Positions 28,401 through 42,091 of a DNA stretch of 64,000 bases are shown here, piece by piece (position 1 is the stretch's first letter; each line of letters starts with the position of its first letter). Where the stretch lies: positions 76,944,001 to 77,008,000 of the forward strand of contig OZ076409.1 of NCBI GenBank assembly GCA_964187785.1, read 5' to 3'. The notes under the pieces were generated by a model, which was not told the origin of the DNA, did not search any database, and saw only the letters and a program-made list of their open reading frames with translations. Origin of the DNA: Amphiscolops sp. MND2022 (lineage: Eukaryota). The translations under genes and the position numbers were made by a program.

Positions 28401-29393
28401 ACTACTTGGTTGATCTGCACAGAAAGAGTTTCCTTAACTGCGGTGTTGTAACTTCTCAAGTCAACGATCGGAAAGTTGTCACACTTGTGTACTGCACAAT
28501 CGTCTACGCTTTTTCCGTTTTGCGCCGGGTTTCGTCCATCAGTCTCATCATGTTTTAGTGGTGGTTAGTGCATTCCAATTCAGTCGGGTCGTCGTAGCAA
28601 TTGTTCGTCGACCTCAACTATCTCGTCTGTTGCTCTCTCGTTTCGCCTGGGTGACAACCATAAGGTCCGTTGTGTTGGGTTGTATCTCTTCACTTGGTAC
28701 GCGCCATTGATATCTTTATTAACTGTTCTACTAGCTTTGCGCAATCGGGCCTTTGTTTTATCGGATATTCGGATATTGTCCTGGTTTGACTCGTATATTC
28801 AGTTAAGCGTCTTTCGACGCATTTGTTGATCGACAATCACGCATTTTTTTCATTTTCTCTGATTGGCTGTTCTCGTCCATTGGGATATCGTATGTTTCCA
28901 TTTATTACTCTGAACAATTTTGATTCAATCTACAGTAGCGTTCTAAAATATCGCAACCTCATTGTTTAAAATAGCAAAATTCAAAACCAAATATCTCGTT
29001 AAACTGCCACGAATACAAACATTTGCCAGCTAGGAACGTTTCTTAGAATTTTATCTAGTTGACAAAAATGTTTGTTACAACAGTTACAAAAAGTACAAAA
29101 GTTAGAAATTGCAAATTTTGACAAAAGTTAATCAAATTTGCACTTTTTCTTGATTTTCACAAAGTTCAAAAACTGTTTTTGGAAACTTTTCAGTCGATCA
29201 TTTGCTACCAAATCTCGTGCGAATGCTGATTTAAATTTGATCGAGAAACTTTTTCGATTTCAAATAAAAGTCATCATTTTTCTAAATGCAATTCTTATAG
29301 CCTATCTTAATACATGTACTTCATTGCTCATAAACACAAAACAGTGTATTTTTCCTGATTCGAAAAAATGCTCGATCAAAACAATTCAGTAGG

Positions 29394-30879
29394 TGTAAGA
29401 CCCACGTCCCGTGGTGTCTCTTAAATCAAAAGCGGACCGTGAGTCCTTTTTTGTTAATCTAGTTTTCAACCCCGATGTATTTTCCCTGTTTTCCTGATTA
29501 TTAGGGGACAGGCTTGTCTCAGTGTCCCTGTATCCTCAAGATGACATTGAACTCACAATGTTTTGAATCTCTGGTATAACTCTTCCAGATATAGCAGTGC
29601 TGATGGCCCTGTTTATTTGATTGTGGACCATAGACATCATAGAGTCCATTTCTTGAGACAGTCTAAGATAGAACTCATTTGAAAAAGTCTCAAAAGACTG
29701 CGTAATGTCATTTTGTGTGGGTGGATCATTTTCACATGCAAAATCCTTATAATCACTTCTTTGATGTATATTATCCTCAATGTCACCTTGAACTGAAGAT
29801 TGCTCAATAGCGTTTGCTAGTTCCCTTTCTATAGGATTATCATTCCCATTCCCTAGCATAATGTCTGAATGTTTAAAGGCATAAATGCTTCTATTGGGGA
29901 AATATTAAAATAGTCTCAATAACTTTATCAGCAAAGAGAGTTGATAGAAATGGTTTACAGTGTACAAACGTATAAACTGATACTGTTGAAGGAAGCTCAA
30001 AATATGGTCCCTAAGACCACGATTCCCTCGTATTTATAACTGCACCTTCATGACAGTCAATTTTAGAGGCGCCATTGGTCTATTTTTTGAATGAGGTCAG
30101 CTAAAAATAGCATCTGGGTGACGTTATACTCTAAATATAAACATCTAAAGGTAGTGGCATAAATGTTTACATGGCCTTAAAGGCTACATCAACTATATTC
30201 ATGGGAAATTCATATGAAACATTTACATGTGAGAGCAACATTACATGTATAACAACACATATTTGCATGAAGATTATTGGACTAAAGTTCCATTTGATGA
30301 ATATGGGGAAAAGGTACAAATTAAACCCTCTTGGGTCCCTAAGGCTATTTCACTATATCACTTCTGATTAGCGCCTTTATTGAGTGGATGAACGCTAAAT
30401 AGCTCCTCTCATTATTATTTGGACTCAGTGTCTAATTGCCGCAGCTTGTAATTCGAAATAAACAAGTCAATGACGCACCGCCATTGAGTCCAATGTTAAT
30501 GCTGATAAGTATACTGCTCTCTGGTTGGTTGATAAATAAATCGGACAGTATGTCCAGCGAGACAGGAGAGGAAACACTTGAACTCGTTTCCTCTACCTGT
30601 ACGCCTTGGTGTCCAATTTCTCAACGCATACAAATATCTTTACTTGTTTTATCACATCATATCAGTAACACAGCAACCAAATAGATATAGCTACATGTTT
30701 TAATATATATTAACATAACAAAACAGTTTCAGTATGTAAAGTTTCAGTCCTGCCTACTCTGATCTTCCGGGCCTGACTGTCGACCTTTCCTTAACTGAGT
30801 GGGATTGTCCCGGGTAAAGCCCTATCGTAATCATAGGCAATCGTATACCAGTTGCCCTCGCAGGCGGCCGCCTGCGACA
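29394..30879 (-). repeat. 3' LTR of element A (1486 bp); contains a copy of the Gag N-terminal coding region (ORF 29536-29859)
   Basis: Near-identical to 41543-43082 (7 mismatches counted in a ~140-nt sample from 30171). A small deletion lies just after the Gag ATG. Confidence 0.95.
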
Positions 30880-31601
30880 CTCCCCCTGGCATGAGCAAAA
30901 ATGTGCCAGAGGACATTCCGTCCAGAGAAGTTCTTCTTCTTCTTTCAGTCTCTGCTAGAGTCTCACCAGGCACAACAGTTTTGTCAAGATAATCGTTCAA
31001 TGCTTCTTCTTGTATTTGCAGGACTACTGACTTCCCGCAAACCACACAGTCTAAACAGCCTGCTAGACCAGAGTTTTCAGACAAGCCCATACCGTCGAAG
31101 CAGTTAGCAACTGAGTCAACCAAGGCAGTGTCTGTTGTATAGGTGCAGATCGGCATTTCTTGTACATAAACTGGTCCTCCGTCCTCTGGGGGCGGAGACA
31201 ACGGAGTATCAACCTGGGGCCGTAGGTTTCTGCAAATGCTAATGGAATGGTTGAATTTAATTCGGCCAACTTGTCCTATAGGCCCATTTCCTGTGCCCAG
31301 GTTGAAAAATTGTTGTGTACACCTAGGGTATGGTGACAGGTTCGGATTGGGTGCCCCATACCAGGCTTGTGTGCCTGATGATCCCGTGTTAGGAATAGCA
31401 ATGGGTTCAACTTAACTGTCCTTCTATACATCTCGCCATGATTTTATTGTCTTTTGACTCTTCATCTGATGACAGGCACACGTCGTCCACTGAGTCCCCG
31501 TTGACAGAAACCATTCTTTCATCTTCGTCGCTTGAAATGTATATTATTGCTGGGGTTCCCTCAGATCGAGCTGCGCCCTCGGAAAACGTTGGAAAGTCCA
31601 T
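30791..31601 (-). pseudogene. Accessory ORF-S of element A: acidic protein with SIM-like motifs; frameshifted; ends inside the 3' LTR
   Basis: Fragments 31407-31601, 31063-31269 and 30791-31201. The N-terminus aligns with 63788-64000 and the C-terminus aligns with the translation of 50358-50443. Confidence 0.75.
30880..30887 (-). promoter_or_regulatory. Polypurine tract of element A (AGGGGGAG)
   Basis: Directly precedes TG of the 3' LTR on the minus strand. Confidence 0.85.
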
Positions 31602-31680
31602 TGGAAACGTTTCAGAAATGTCAGACACGTATCTGGAATGTCCATTGGAAACGTTTCAGAAGTGTCAGACATGTATCTGG
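31596..31680. repeat. 44-bp tandem duplication at the start of ORF-S
   Basis: GTCCATTGGAAACGTTTCAGAA(A/G)TGTCAGACA(C/T)GTATCTGG starts at 31596 and at 31640. Confidence 0.85.
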
Positions 31681-32971
31681 CTTTTAATAATTTCTTAACA
31701 ATTTCTAAAGTGGAAAAATTCGCTGCGGATTTGGCAAAAGGCAAGTGAATTCAAAATTCAAGATTTGAAGACTGATCAGTTTCATTTAACGTAAGTTACT
31801 TCAAACTTGTTTCGTGAAATTCCCGTGTTTCGCTCTCCCCGCCAGGAGGTCCATTGACAACCACATCGACAAGTATTTGATATCACTATGCCGCGCCCTG
31901 GTTGACATTCGATAAACTTTTCTCATCTTCGGAGCGGCAAGTAGCCATCAAAGACTTTACATAGTGTTTATCAACACTCATAAACCACCTGAGGTTTTCA
32001 AGTGGATGTAGATATAGCTGAAGGCCATGATGTCGCGTTGCATTTTGAATGGCCAATAGGATTGCGATAAATTTCTGCTGAATTCAAAATAGCCTCCCAA
32101 GGCTGTGGATCCATATGAGGAATAACATACAATGACCTTGAAAACAAATAAAATAATGATAAAATCATGGAATAATTTGGAAAAAAGCAAAGTTTTCGAA
32201 ATGAAACAAGATAAAATAATGTAGATAACGCTGTTAGACTTTATCCACACAGTAATATAAATTGTACGTAATTGAAAATTTGTCATCAAACTGTATTGTC
32301 ACGATTGCCAATTTTGACATCCTGTCACATTGCCGATTCGCCATTCCAATTCTTTTCATTCAATTCTGCAGTATTACTGTTTTTTTCTTTATATCACCAG
32401 TACTCATCCATTGAATTTATTTTTCACCATATTTAATCCACAGTTAGTCTTTTAGTCTTCGTATCTTATTTATTTGCATTCTTCTATTGTGTTATCTCCA
32501 TCTTGGGACTCAGTGTCCATCTGTCCTCATCTGTGTGGATTTTCTTGGACCGTTCCGGATAACCGACATACAGTCCCCACTTGGCTACTCCCATGCCAAT
32601 TTTTACCCTCTCCGACTTCCTTGTCAGAGATCAACTGCAACAACGAATAAAAGAGTTGGATTCCAGAACTTAGTGTCCCCTCATTGCGACAATCTTCATC
32701 TAATTGCAGAACCGCTGACATCTAGGACACTTCCAACAGACTCTTTGCATTGAAATTCGAACAGGCCAGTTGAATTCATGTTCTTTTTAGCTATTAGTTT
32801 GAATTAAACTGAGGCTTGATCAAGGCTCTCATTTCATTCACGTACTTCCTGTCCAATAACACGAGTGTTCATTCAAGTTCAAAACTATCTACTTCCGGAA
32901 GATTTTTTAACGCGGTAAATGGATCTTGATTCAGTAAGATCCCGCTTGATTTTGTCTCTTTTTATTTAGAC

Positions 32972-35900
32972 ATGTCGACAAAAGAACCAAAGTCTGAATT
33001 GCCTCCTTCGCCAGACAAAAGTCAGGAGACAGTCCAAATGACTCAGGGTACATCTGGGAATTTATCTGGAGACTTGCAGCCTGGTTCGAATCAGTCATCT
33101 AGCAGTGGTGACACTGAGGAAAGTCTCGCTGCCTACGCGGATCATACTCTTCGTGCCTTAGCTTCCATAGAGTCTCAGAGTCACTACCCTTTGAGCGGGA
33201 GAGGACTGAACCTTTACAAGCTAGCGAGCAACTGCAAGAAACGTCTGGAGGGACTAACAGTAAACGTGTGCCATGGGATCGGAGTAAGGATTACTTTGCC
33301 ACCGATACTAGTGAAGTAGAGGAACTATACGACAGTATGGGAGCAGAATGGATTCACAAGAGGCTTACGTCTTGCATCACCTATTCCGATTTAATGGCGG
33401 GGGCTGAAGATACAGGCGGACATGATGAGAACAGGACAAAACCGACTCCTGCTTGTCCTGAAGTCAAAGAGCCAAAAATGCCCGAACAATTTTCCGCAAA
33501 TGGGCAAGCTGTGTTCAGGAAGCATTTCTCACAATCCAAGCCAGTCACACTTCCTAAAGGACATAGCACTGTTTCGTTCAGTGTGCCGCAAAGCCATGCC
33601 GTCCTCGAGACTATTTCCCACAAAACCGTGAAATGATCAGTCCACGTCATGCGCTCCCTCGTCCTGCATGCTGTCTACGGGGGCGGAAACAGACTCCTGG
33701 GCAATTTAAGAAGTCGATGATTCAAGGAGTAACCTCTGCCAGGGGCGCATATACCAGCTCTGCCGAAGAAACGGAGAGTGACGGGTGTAATACCGATGAC
33801 TACACTAGTGGAGCCATTACGTCTGATGACGAGCTCATCGCTGCTACTAGACGCCGAGGTGGTACAACAATACCTCGATCATCTTTTACTTATCCCGTCA
33901 CTTCTGATGAGGAGATTGAAGAAACCCCTGGTACACGCCACACCATTGTTCCCAGCCCAGGTTATAGTGAAGGTGATTACCAGCATTTGAGCTCCATGCA
34001 ATCGAACACTCACCCAAAACGCCCTACCGCAAGCGCTCCTAGGAAAAGACGTAAGAACGTTGGTAGACCCGGCAAAGTCATGAAATCTGCGTATTTCAAG
34101 GGTATTCAGTGGACAAAGCTGTTTGTAACGAGCCCCTTGGACCCCGTTCACAACAAGCACAAATTTTATTGTCAAATCTGTAAGACAAACGTGTCGATTT
34201 ATTCCAAGCGAACCAGGGAAAAAGTGTGGCATTACCAATCTGAGGCACATCTCCGTAAGAACCAGTGATGGCGTTTTGAGCATCTCGGGAAAATTGACAA
34301 ACTCACTGGCCTTAAAGTCCATGCAGTCAGAGGAAGAGATGGACTTTTGCTCTCAGCCCTTGAGCTTGAAAAAGAGAAACCGCTGATTGAAGCTGCACCT
34401 CTGATGGATATTGGTCCCCGATTCACATTTAATGATGATTACATGGCAAACGAGGGAGGACTAACTAATTCAGAAGACAAAAGATTGGGAATTCAAATTT
34501 CCTCAAGTAGCCGTACCGTTCCACATTTTGGTAACCTTACCCTGTTGGAAGGATTATGTGCAGAGGTCAATAGTTTCACCAACCATCAGGAGATGCGTTT
34601 CGCCAACTTGACTGGAGTTCCAACCATCACACTTATAGTAAGTACTTCCAATTCTTCAATAACCAGCCTCAGGGGGTTGACATTAGTTGTTAGAGTGGAA
34701 ACATTATTGGCAATTTCTGATTGCTTAGTCGTGGACATCGCTGTTTTGAGAAATTCGATTTGTTCTGGGCTTTATTCCACCATGTCTTCCTACGAGGGAT
34801 GGAGGACGTTGCTCAGGCAGTGACTGCTTGTGGAGCATACTCTTCAAAATTTGAGCCACATGGGAACCAATGCATTCTATCTTTGCGGTATTGGAAAGCC
34901 GACAACCTGGTCAAGGTCCAACTATGCAAACATCCACTGTCCTCCGAACCAGGTCCCAGTCAACTGCTGATGGTCTCACGCCTCATTTACTTCCTGTCCG
35001 CTTCGCCACAGATCGTCTGCATCTCAGGATGCACATCGGAAGTGCTACAGGCAGTTGAACAGTCTGGCTTATTCAAGAAGGGGTTGAATACCCTTTCCGT
35101 TTCAATGCCCTGTCTTTCCCTAAACTCACGCACCAACTCGAGGGAAGTGTGTTTGGCGGAATAGACTTCTTCACCCAACTGAAATACCTCCTGAGCTTTC
35201 TCAGTAACAGTCTCGAACAGCCCTGGATGCCAAATTGTCCAGAATTAACCGAGGTTTGGATTGTTGAGATAGCGTTATCTTGGTTTCATTTTATCTATCG
35301 CGATAACGCAATCCTTGTCCCTTTCGGGTCATTAACAGCTGTGACTTACGGAGACGATCCATTCCCGCAATCAGCACTGAGGTGATTACCAATTGGCAAC
35401 CCCTCCTGGACCACATGACCAGAATTGCACCAAGCTATGAGATGCGAGTGGTTTAAAATAGGGTTGTAAGTTGTCCTATTGATTGGTTTAACCAAACACC
35501 ATGCACTTATGACGAGGCTGTTTTCTTTTAGCCACAGAGTCTGGAATGGACGATAATTACAGATGACTTCTTTCTGGTCAAATTAGAGTTCTTCGGGAAG
35601 ATGATTTATGATTGATAGTATAACATCCAATTCAGAACATTCCCATATTACTAGGGCCCATTAGTTGCTTCTTTATGGAATCGGAACAAATATATAGGAT
35701 TGTTCTTAAAAGTGATGTTTCTCTGCTTAGATAATCGTTGTTTTGAGAGAAGTTTGGTTGGGCACAAAGACTCTGGACTTTTTACTTATGGGCAGTTGAA
35801 TAATTTCATTCGGAAGCTTTGTTACCGCTCTCTCCTGCCAAAGCACCTGCCCAAAGATACAGACTGGACACAGCTTCCTGTCCTACGAACTTTAGAGTTA

Positions 35901-36882
35901 TGTCAGCTTTCCTCCGGAGATTTTCTTCATCGATTGAAATTGAAAGAAGATTTGGACAAAGCTGCCACTGCCAAAGTCAAGCGTGATCACAGTGACAAAG
36001 AAGGACATATACTCAATCTTGCCAAGCTCGTCAAGGATTGCAAGGAGAGATTCGTTAGTAAGGCGAGAGGCTACCTCGTGTTTTTGCTCGAAAAGTTGCC
36101 ACAGTATAAACACCGAGATTGTCAGAAGAATGGCTAGCTTTAATTACCATATTCTCTTGAGTTCACCACCGGAACAGGTTACGCATTGCTTCTTTGCGTT
36201 GTACAATAGTTTCAGCCTCCGCGGATGGCTTGAGGGATCAACCGAGGATCATTGCCCAGACGAGTACTTGGAATTTACAGACCAGTTCCGACAGAAATAT
36301 GCCTCTTTGAAAGACTCGCCTGATGGGTTTACGGACATGGTAGAGTTGTTGTCTGGAATGTCCGAGCTCCGCAATCGCCCCCACCTATATCACATGTAAC
36401 GACTGCGTTGTTTATGTTTAACTGAAGATACCCTCTTGCTCCTTCCGATACGCTTTCAAGATGTTGATGCTCAGAGTCCCAGGTGTAGATTGGTAGATGT
36501 GTTACTGCCAGCTCAATCCTATTTGGCACGGGTCCCAGAAGCCATTACAGTTTGCACCAATGATGATTCTTTGACGAAATATCGAGAGGGGGATGAGCTG
36601 TTAAGTTCTGCGAATATGGCTGGTGACCCTTGGGTCCATGTAGATACTTTCGGAAGAGCAGAATTCTACAAGACTCTCATTGATACTTATAAGTCTATAG
36701 TTCGAGTGTCAAAGTCAGCTTTCTCAAGCCGGTCTAGTTCCTGGTCCAGTTCTCTTTCCATTAGTGGTCGCCTCAAGCCTTCGTCTAGTAAAGGGAAGAA
36801 GAAGGTTGTTTTCGGCCTTCCCATGACTCTGAAAGAAAACAAGCCTAATCAGGAGTCATCGCAAGACAATGCTAATCTTTAA
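32972..36882 (+). pseudogene. Antisense accessory gene of element A: BED-zinc-finger, hAT-transposase-like protein; exons ~32972-34637, 34769-35253, 35328-35462, 35532-35613, 35731-36882; multiple frameshifts
   Basis: Exon-by-exon protein similarity to 58548-62593 (GKVMK.AYFKGIQWT, FHHVF.RG, PQSLEW.II.DDFF, FQDVD..S.RCRL, AGDPWVHVD.FG). Several splice sites are decayed. Confidence 0.85.
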
Positions 36883-37107
36883 AGGTACATTACGTACATT
36901 TGTCTTATAGTTTCTTCTTTTGTATAAACGTTGAACTGTATGTACATCTGTTTATTGTCTATTAGTAGTCTTTTGTTTTGTTACCCAACAGCGGGTTCTT
37001 TGTCACATTTTGCTTCATTTGTGTATATAATTATATAGTCAGGGCAGTCCCAAGAAAAGGTTATCAGTCAGTTCAAATGACTATCGGGACATTAATTTAC
37101 ATTCTGA

Positions 37108-40100
37108 CTAATATCTGTATTTATCACTAAAGTTGGGGTTGGGGTTAGGTCGCAGGTTATATTTACCTGCTCTGGGGCTAGAATTTCTGCAGTTTTTTCA
37201 TTGTCCGATATTCCGGGCACGGTAATATCTGCGCCCCCATTTGAAACAACTTCCGGGCTTTCTAAGTCATTAGTGACGTCATTTTCATTTTCTGTCCCAC
37301 CAGGCGATTCATTCAGCGGGGACGTCGCGTCTCGGCTGCTGGCCGGCCTCGGCCTTAGTTTATTCTCGGTGACGTCACTTTCATTCGTACTCGCTGCTGC
37401 GTTCCTTTTCCTTTGTGCTGCAACTATCATTCTCGGTGACGTAATCGTCCACTCCGCCGCTCGCGGCGTCATTCGGCTGACTTGTGGCCGTATCTGGCCA
37501 ATTATCTTTTCTCGTTTCAAATAACTCGTAGTCGAAGTCTAATTCCCATGAAATTAAATACAAGTCATCTTGCGGTATTACTATCTCTTCGTCAGGCTGT
37601 AATTTTTCTTCTTTGTATTTGTCCTCCAAAGGAGTTTTTGGGACCAATTTTTCGAGTCTAATGCGGTGTAAAATTTGCGTTTTGTTCGTATTCAAACGCC
37701 GCACTATACTATTGTTCTTGGGTGAAACTTTTTGTACGATAAATGAACTGATCCATCTGTAGTCCCTGAATGGTATTCTAGATCCTTGGCTAACCGCTTT
37801 GGCCTTACGGTCGTAGTATTCTTTGTACATTAATTACGACTGCATTAAATTCCTTTTCGTTTGATTGACGAGGAATGCGTTCTTTGCTGTACTTCTTCCG
37901 CAAATTCAGTTGACGGGAGGAAATTTTTATTAGGATTTTTTCCTAAATGGTGATCAAGGACATTATAGGGATTTCGGCCATGAAAAACTTTACCGGTCTC
38001 ACATCCAGTACTGAAATGATAAGAAGTGTTATAAGTGAGCACAGCTAGCGGCAGATATTTGTGCCATTGGCGTCGATATTCACCTGACGCCATTTTCAAG
38101 TTAGTCTTTAGAGATGCGTGTGTCCTTTCAAGCTTGCCAATTGTTTGCGGATGTTTTGGGGTAGCACATTTGAGTGTTATACCCAAAATTTTGGTTACTT
38201 CCGTTACAATTGTTGAGGTAAATGCGGACCCCTTGTCTGTGATGAGGGTTGATGGCAAGTACGAATGTTTTGTCATTATATCGATTTTCACCTTGGCCAC
38301 GTTTGTGGCTGTTGCCTCAATTAGCGGGTAGGCGAATAGATATCTTGAGAATACATCAATTGCTGTCATCACTGTCTGGTATCCGCCACTTGTCGGTACA
38401 TTCGGTAATAGGTCAAATTGCATGACGTCTTCTAAACCGAGGTCCCGTTCGGGCAAGTTTAGCAATTCAGGTGTAATCACAGTATTAGGGACCCGTTTAT
38501 CCTTGGCACATGTTTCACAGCCTTCTACCCCTTTTTTAATGTGTTTTGCTATTCCTGGGTAGTAGTATGTTTTGGCGAATTTCTTGGAGCATTTTAGAAA
38601 TGCCTGGGTGTCGATGTGCTGTGCCATGTATCGCTTGCAGTAATTCCCTTAATAGGTGCTTTGGCAGTAGGATTTGATGATATTTTACTTGTCTGATTTC
38701 ATCATAATACTGCCGTGTTACAATTTCATCTTTGAGAACTGGTCGGTCAAAATAGGTCCTGTTGAACGATTTCCTCAGAATACTCCTCCTTTTGGATTTT
38801 TGCTTTCAGTTGACGTAAAATCTGATCTTTAGATTGCTCTAAGATTATTTGATTCGTTCGTCGTAATTTCCGGGTGAAATTGGTAATTTCATCCTCCGTG
38901 TTTTCTGATATTGCATCATTTTGAAATATTGGCCCAGGGACCTTGAGGCCCTTTTGGGATTGTTTCATTCCTTCCCAAATCTGTTCTTCCGTCTCATTGT
39001 TCTCTTCAGTAAAAAAGACTTGCCTCTGTTCGGACACTCCGGCTGATTGGATTGGACATTGACCTCGATTGGTTGTGTTTCTACGTCCTCACGTAGTTTC
39101 AGGACTAACTTTTCATTAAGGTCCATTTCCATACGGGACAGGTAGTCCGCCGCTGTGTTATTTTTGCCTGGAATGTGGGCTATGATGAAATTGAATGGAA
39201 TTACAAAATCACAAGCATTCCAGAGGGGCGGTGGTTTTATCTTGGTCTAGAAGAACCTCGTGACTGATTTGTTATCGGTAAGAATAATTATTGGTTTAGG
39301 TGATCCCCAGAAGATATGTCCAAACTCCTTGAAGGCGTAACATAGTGCTAGGAATTCCTTTGCATATATTGACATTTTGAGCTGAGAAGGTGTAAAAGTT
39401 TTGGATCCCTATGCGATTGGCGCATAGGACTTTTTAACAGAAGGATATTTCTGATTTGGGTCGTCTTCGGACAGTATGGCGTAACCGGCGGCTGTAAAGC
39501 TTGCATCGGTCCTCTGGACCAAATGTTGGTTCGGTAAGGGTTGCTTCAGTGCTAATTGGCTACACCTGTCTAGGTCTCTGTTGATCTCGTGGAATTGTTC
39601 GTTTAGCTTTGTTGTCACTAGGACCTTCTCGTCCTCTTTGAGGAGTTGGAAGAATGGAACTAATGTTTCGGATATACTTGGTATGTAATTCCTGTAGTAA
39701 TTGCGGAAGCCAAGGTAGCGTTGTAAGGCCTTCTTCGACTTCGGAAATTTCTTTTTTTTCCAAGAAATTGGTAATTCGTTTCTTTTGAGGTTTTACTCCT
39801 TCAGGAGTAATTGTTCTCCCAAGGAAGTCAATTTCGGTGGCGCCAAAGTGGCATTGATGCATGGACAGTTTTAGTCCGGCTTTTCTGATGCACTGAAAGG
39901 TCGCTCTTAAGTTGGTGATGAGATGGTTAGCATCAATTGCAGCGCATTGGTCGGCTTTTATATCACAATCTCTCATAAAGCTGAAGATACCGATAGGGCT
40001 CGACTGAGTCCTTGTGCTAATCTCCTTTAGGCAAAGGTCTTGCTGGCGAAATTAAAGGCTAGCATTTCGATGGACTTCTGGTCCGCCATGGGGACGCAAT

Positions 40101-40407
40101 GATATGCTAGTGAACAATCGAATTTACAGAAGAGTTTTTCCCCTGCCGTATGTTGTGCATCCTCTGTCAAGGTTTTGACTGGTTGGTTGTTATGGACGTA
40201 ATCATCTGAAATCAGATTATTTAATTTTTGTCAGATCAACCAGCAGTCTCAGTGTACCATTGGGTTTTTTAGGGCGAATATGGGACTGGCATACTTTGGA
40301 GCCATTGGTGTCTCTAATATATTGGTGAAAAGTAATCATCGGAGGATCTGATATGACATACTGTCGAACTGACATATAGTCATGTATTTGGAGTCGTGGC
40401 AATAATA
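37108..40407 (-). pseudogene. pol: pol of element A (RT-RNase H-integrase remnants; protease region and YVDD motif deleted)
   Basis: Fragments homologous to B pol: KKPNG.LRLLVDL, CHFGATEIDFLGRTITPEG, TDASFTAAGY, TDKG...KLERTH. Confidence 0.9.
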
Positions 40408-42091
40408 GTTTTTTGAATCAGTTTTGCGAGAAGTTGATTGGCCAGAAGCGTTTGTCTTTGTGGTACTTGACTTCTTAGGTGTCTTTTCTTCTCCAGAGGT
40501 GTCATCGGCTTTGTCATCCGTGTGCATCCTTTTGGGACGTCGATGTGCCCCTGCCCCTTTCCAGCACCGTTCAACGGGGTGGTTCTTTTCCCCCTAAGTT
40601 GGGCATTCTGAGTAAGTTGGACGTTGGGGCTTTTTGCCATTTTTATCTTCCAATTCCTTTTTCTTCTTGAGTTCGGGTAAAGTTCTATAGTAGTGGCCTG
40701 TAGCTTTGCAATATCAGCATTGGGCATCCTTGTTGGTGTTAATACCATTGGACAGCAAATTGCTATTGTTGGTGGACGCTGAGGCCATAGTGGCCATTGG
40801 CAAGTCTTCTGACTCCTCCAATGCATTGAGTTCGAGCTCTCTTTCGAGATGAGCGACATTCTCTTCATATGTCCCATTCTCCAGACGGGCCATGTTGACA
40901 GATCGTTTCAACTTCGGAGGCAGTTTTGCATACAACAGGCTGTCAATCATACTTTTTGCATTTTCACCAAAAGCTTTTTCTGCTCCTTGGTCCAATTCTT
41001 CCAAGTAACCTAGCAATTTCATGGTATTAGGGTCAAAAGTGAGTCGATGCCGTTTATGTTTTGCCTAGATTGGGATTCCGATTTGACGTATTTCCTCCGG
41101 AATATGACCAGTACGTCCTCTAGAGTCTAACGGTTGATGGAATTTATGTTCCTGAATGTCTGTATTGCCCCCTTTCGCAGCAGTGAGTGGAAATGGTTTA
41201 TCTTCATCTGCTCTGTCATAGCCGGTTGCATTTTGATCATTGTATGGGACAAGTCCTCAAAAAGCTCAAATTTTTCGCTTTTTCCGTCAAAAGTCATTGG
41301 CGTGGTTTGAACTGGTCTGATGGTCATCGATTGGGGTTTGTTTTGCAAAGTGATCAAAAAGTCAGCCAATCTGTTTAACGGGTCCTGCGGTGTTTCAGGT
41401 ACCTCTGGTTCTGGGGCTGGCAGAGTGGTGTCCAGAAAGACATTGTGGTTTGATTGTTGTCTCTCCAAGTTTTGGATTGAGTGGATTCGTCCAGTCAAAA
41501 ATTCGGGAATTTGCTGTTGGGCGTCGTTAGCTCCTGTCACCATGTAAGACCCACGTCTCGTGGTGTCTCTCAAATCACAAGCGGACCGTGATCCCTTTTT
41601 TGTTAATATGGTTTTCAACCCGAATGTATTTTCCCTGTTTTCCTGACTATTAGGGGACAGGCTTGTCTCAGTGTCCCTGTACCCTGAAGATGACATTGAA
41701 CTCACAATGTCTTGAATCTCTGGAATAACTCTTTCAGATAAAGCAGTACTGATGGCCGTTTATTTGATTGTGGACCACGGACATCATAGAGTCCAATTCT
41801 TAAGACAGTCTAAGATTGAACTCATTTGAAAAGGTCTCAAAAGACTGCCTGACATCATTTTGTCTCGGTGAATCATTTTCACATGCAAAATCCATATAAT
41901 CACTTCTTTGATGAATATTTTCCTCGATGTCACCTTGGACTGAAGATTGCTCAAACGCGTTTGCTAGTTCCCTTTCATCAGGATTCCCATTCCCTAGCAT
42001 ATTTTCTGAATTATCCAAATCGGAAATCATGTCCATTTCTCTAGATTTTCTAGCCTTGGCCTTTTGCTTTCTGTCTTCTTGTGAAAGGCAT
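40405..42091 (-). pseudogene. gag: gag of element A, starting inside the 5' LTR
   Basis: ATG CCT TTC ACA AGA AGA CAG at 42091. Fragments 41800-42036, 41127-41705 and 40714-41022 match B Gag. Confidence 0.85.
41531..41542 (-). promoter_or_regulatory. Primer binding site of element A (TGGTGACAGGAG; probably tRNA-Leu-like)
   Basis: Follows the LTR end CTTACA and is identical in element B. It differs by one base from the tRNA-Leu-type PBS TGGTGTCAGGAG. Confidence 0.8.

Noticed and set aside
28200..28900. Higher-GC, coding-like stretch on the minus strand
   Set aside because: Many stops and no identifiable motif; probably a decayed transposon fragment.
30171..30684. Plus-strand ORFs in the A LTRs (30171-30371, 30436-30684, 42380-42586)
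   Set aside because: Shared only because the LTRs are duplicates; no counterpart seen in the B LTR.
32487..32753. Possible extra upstream exon or ORF matching B 62778-62996 (LPCQR / LHCQR, DNLHLI / NDLHVI)
   Set aside because: Similarity too sparse to call. A good donor CAG|GTAAG exists only in B.
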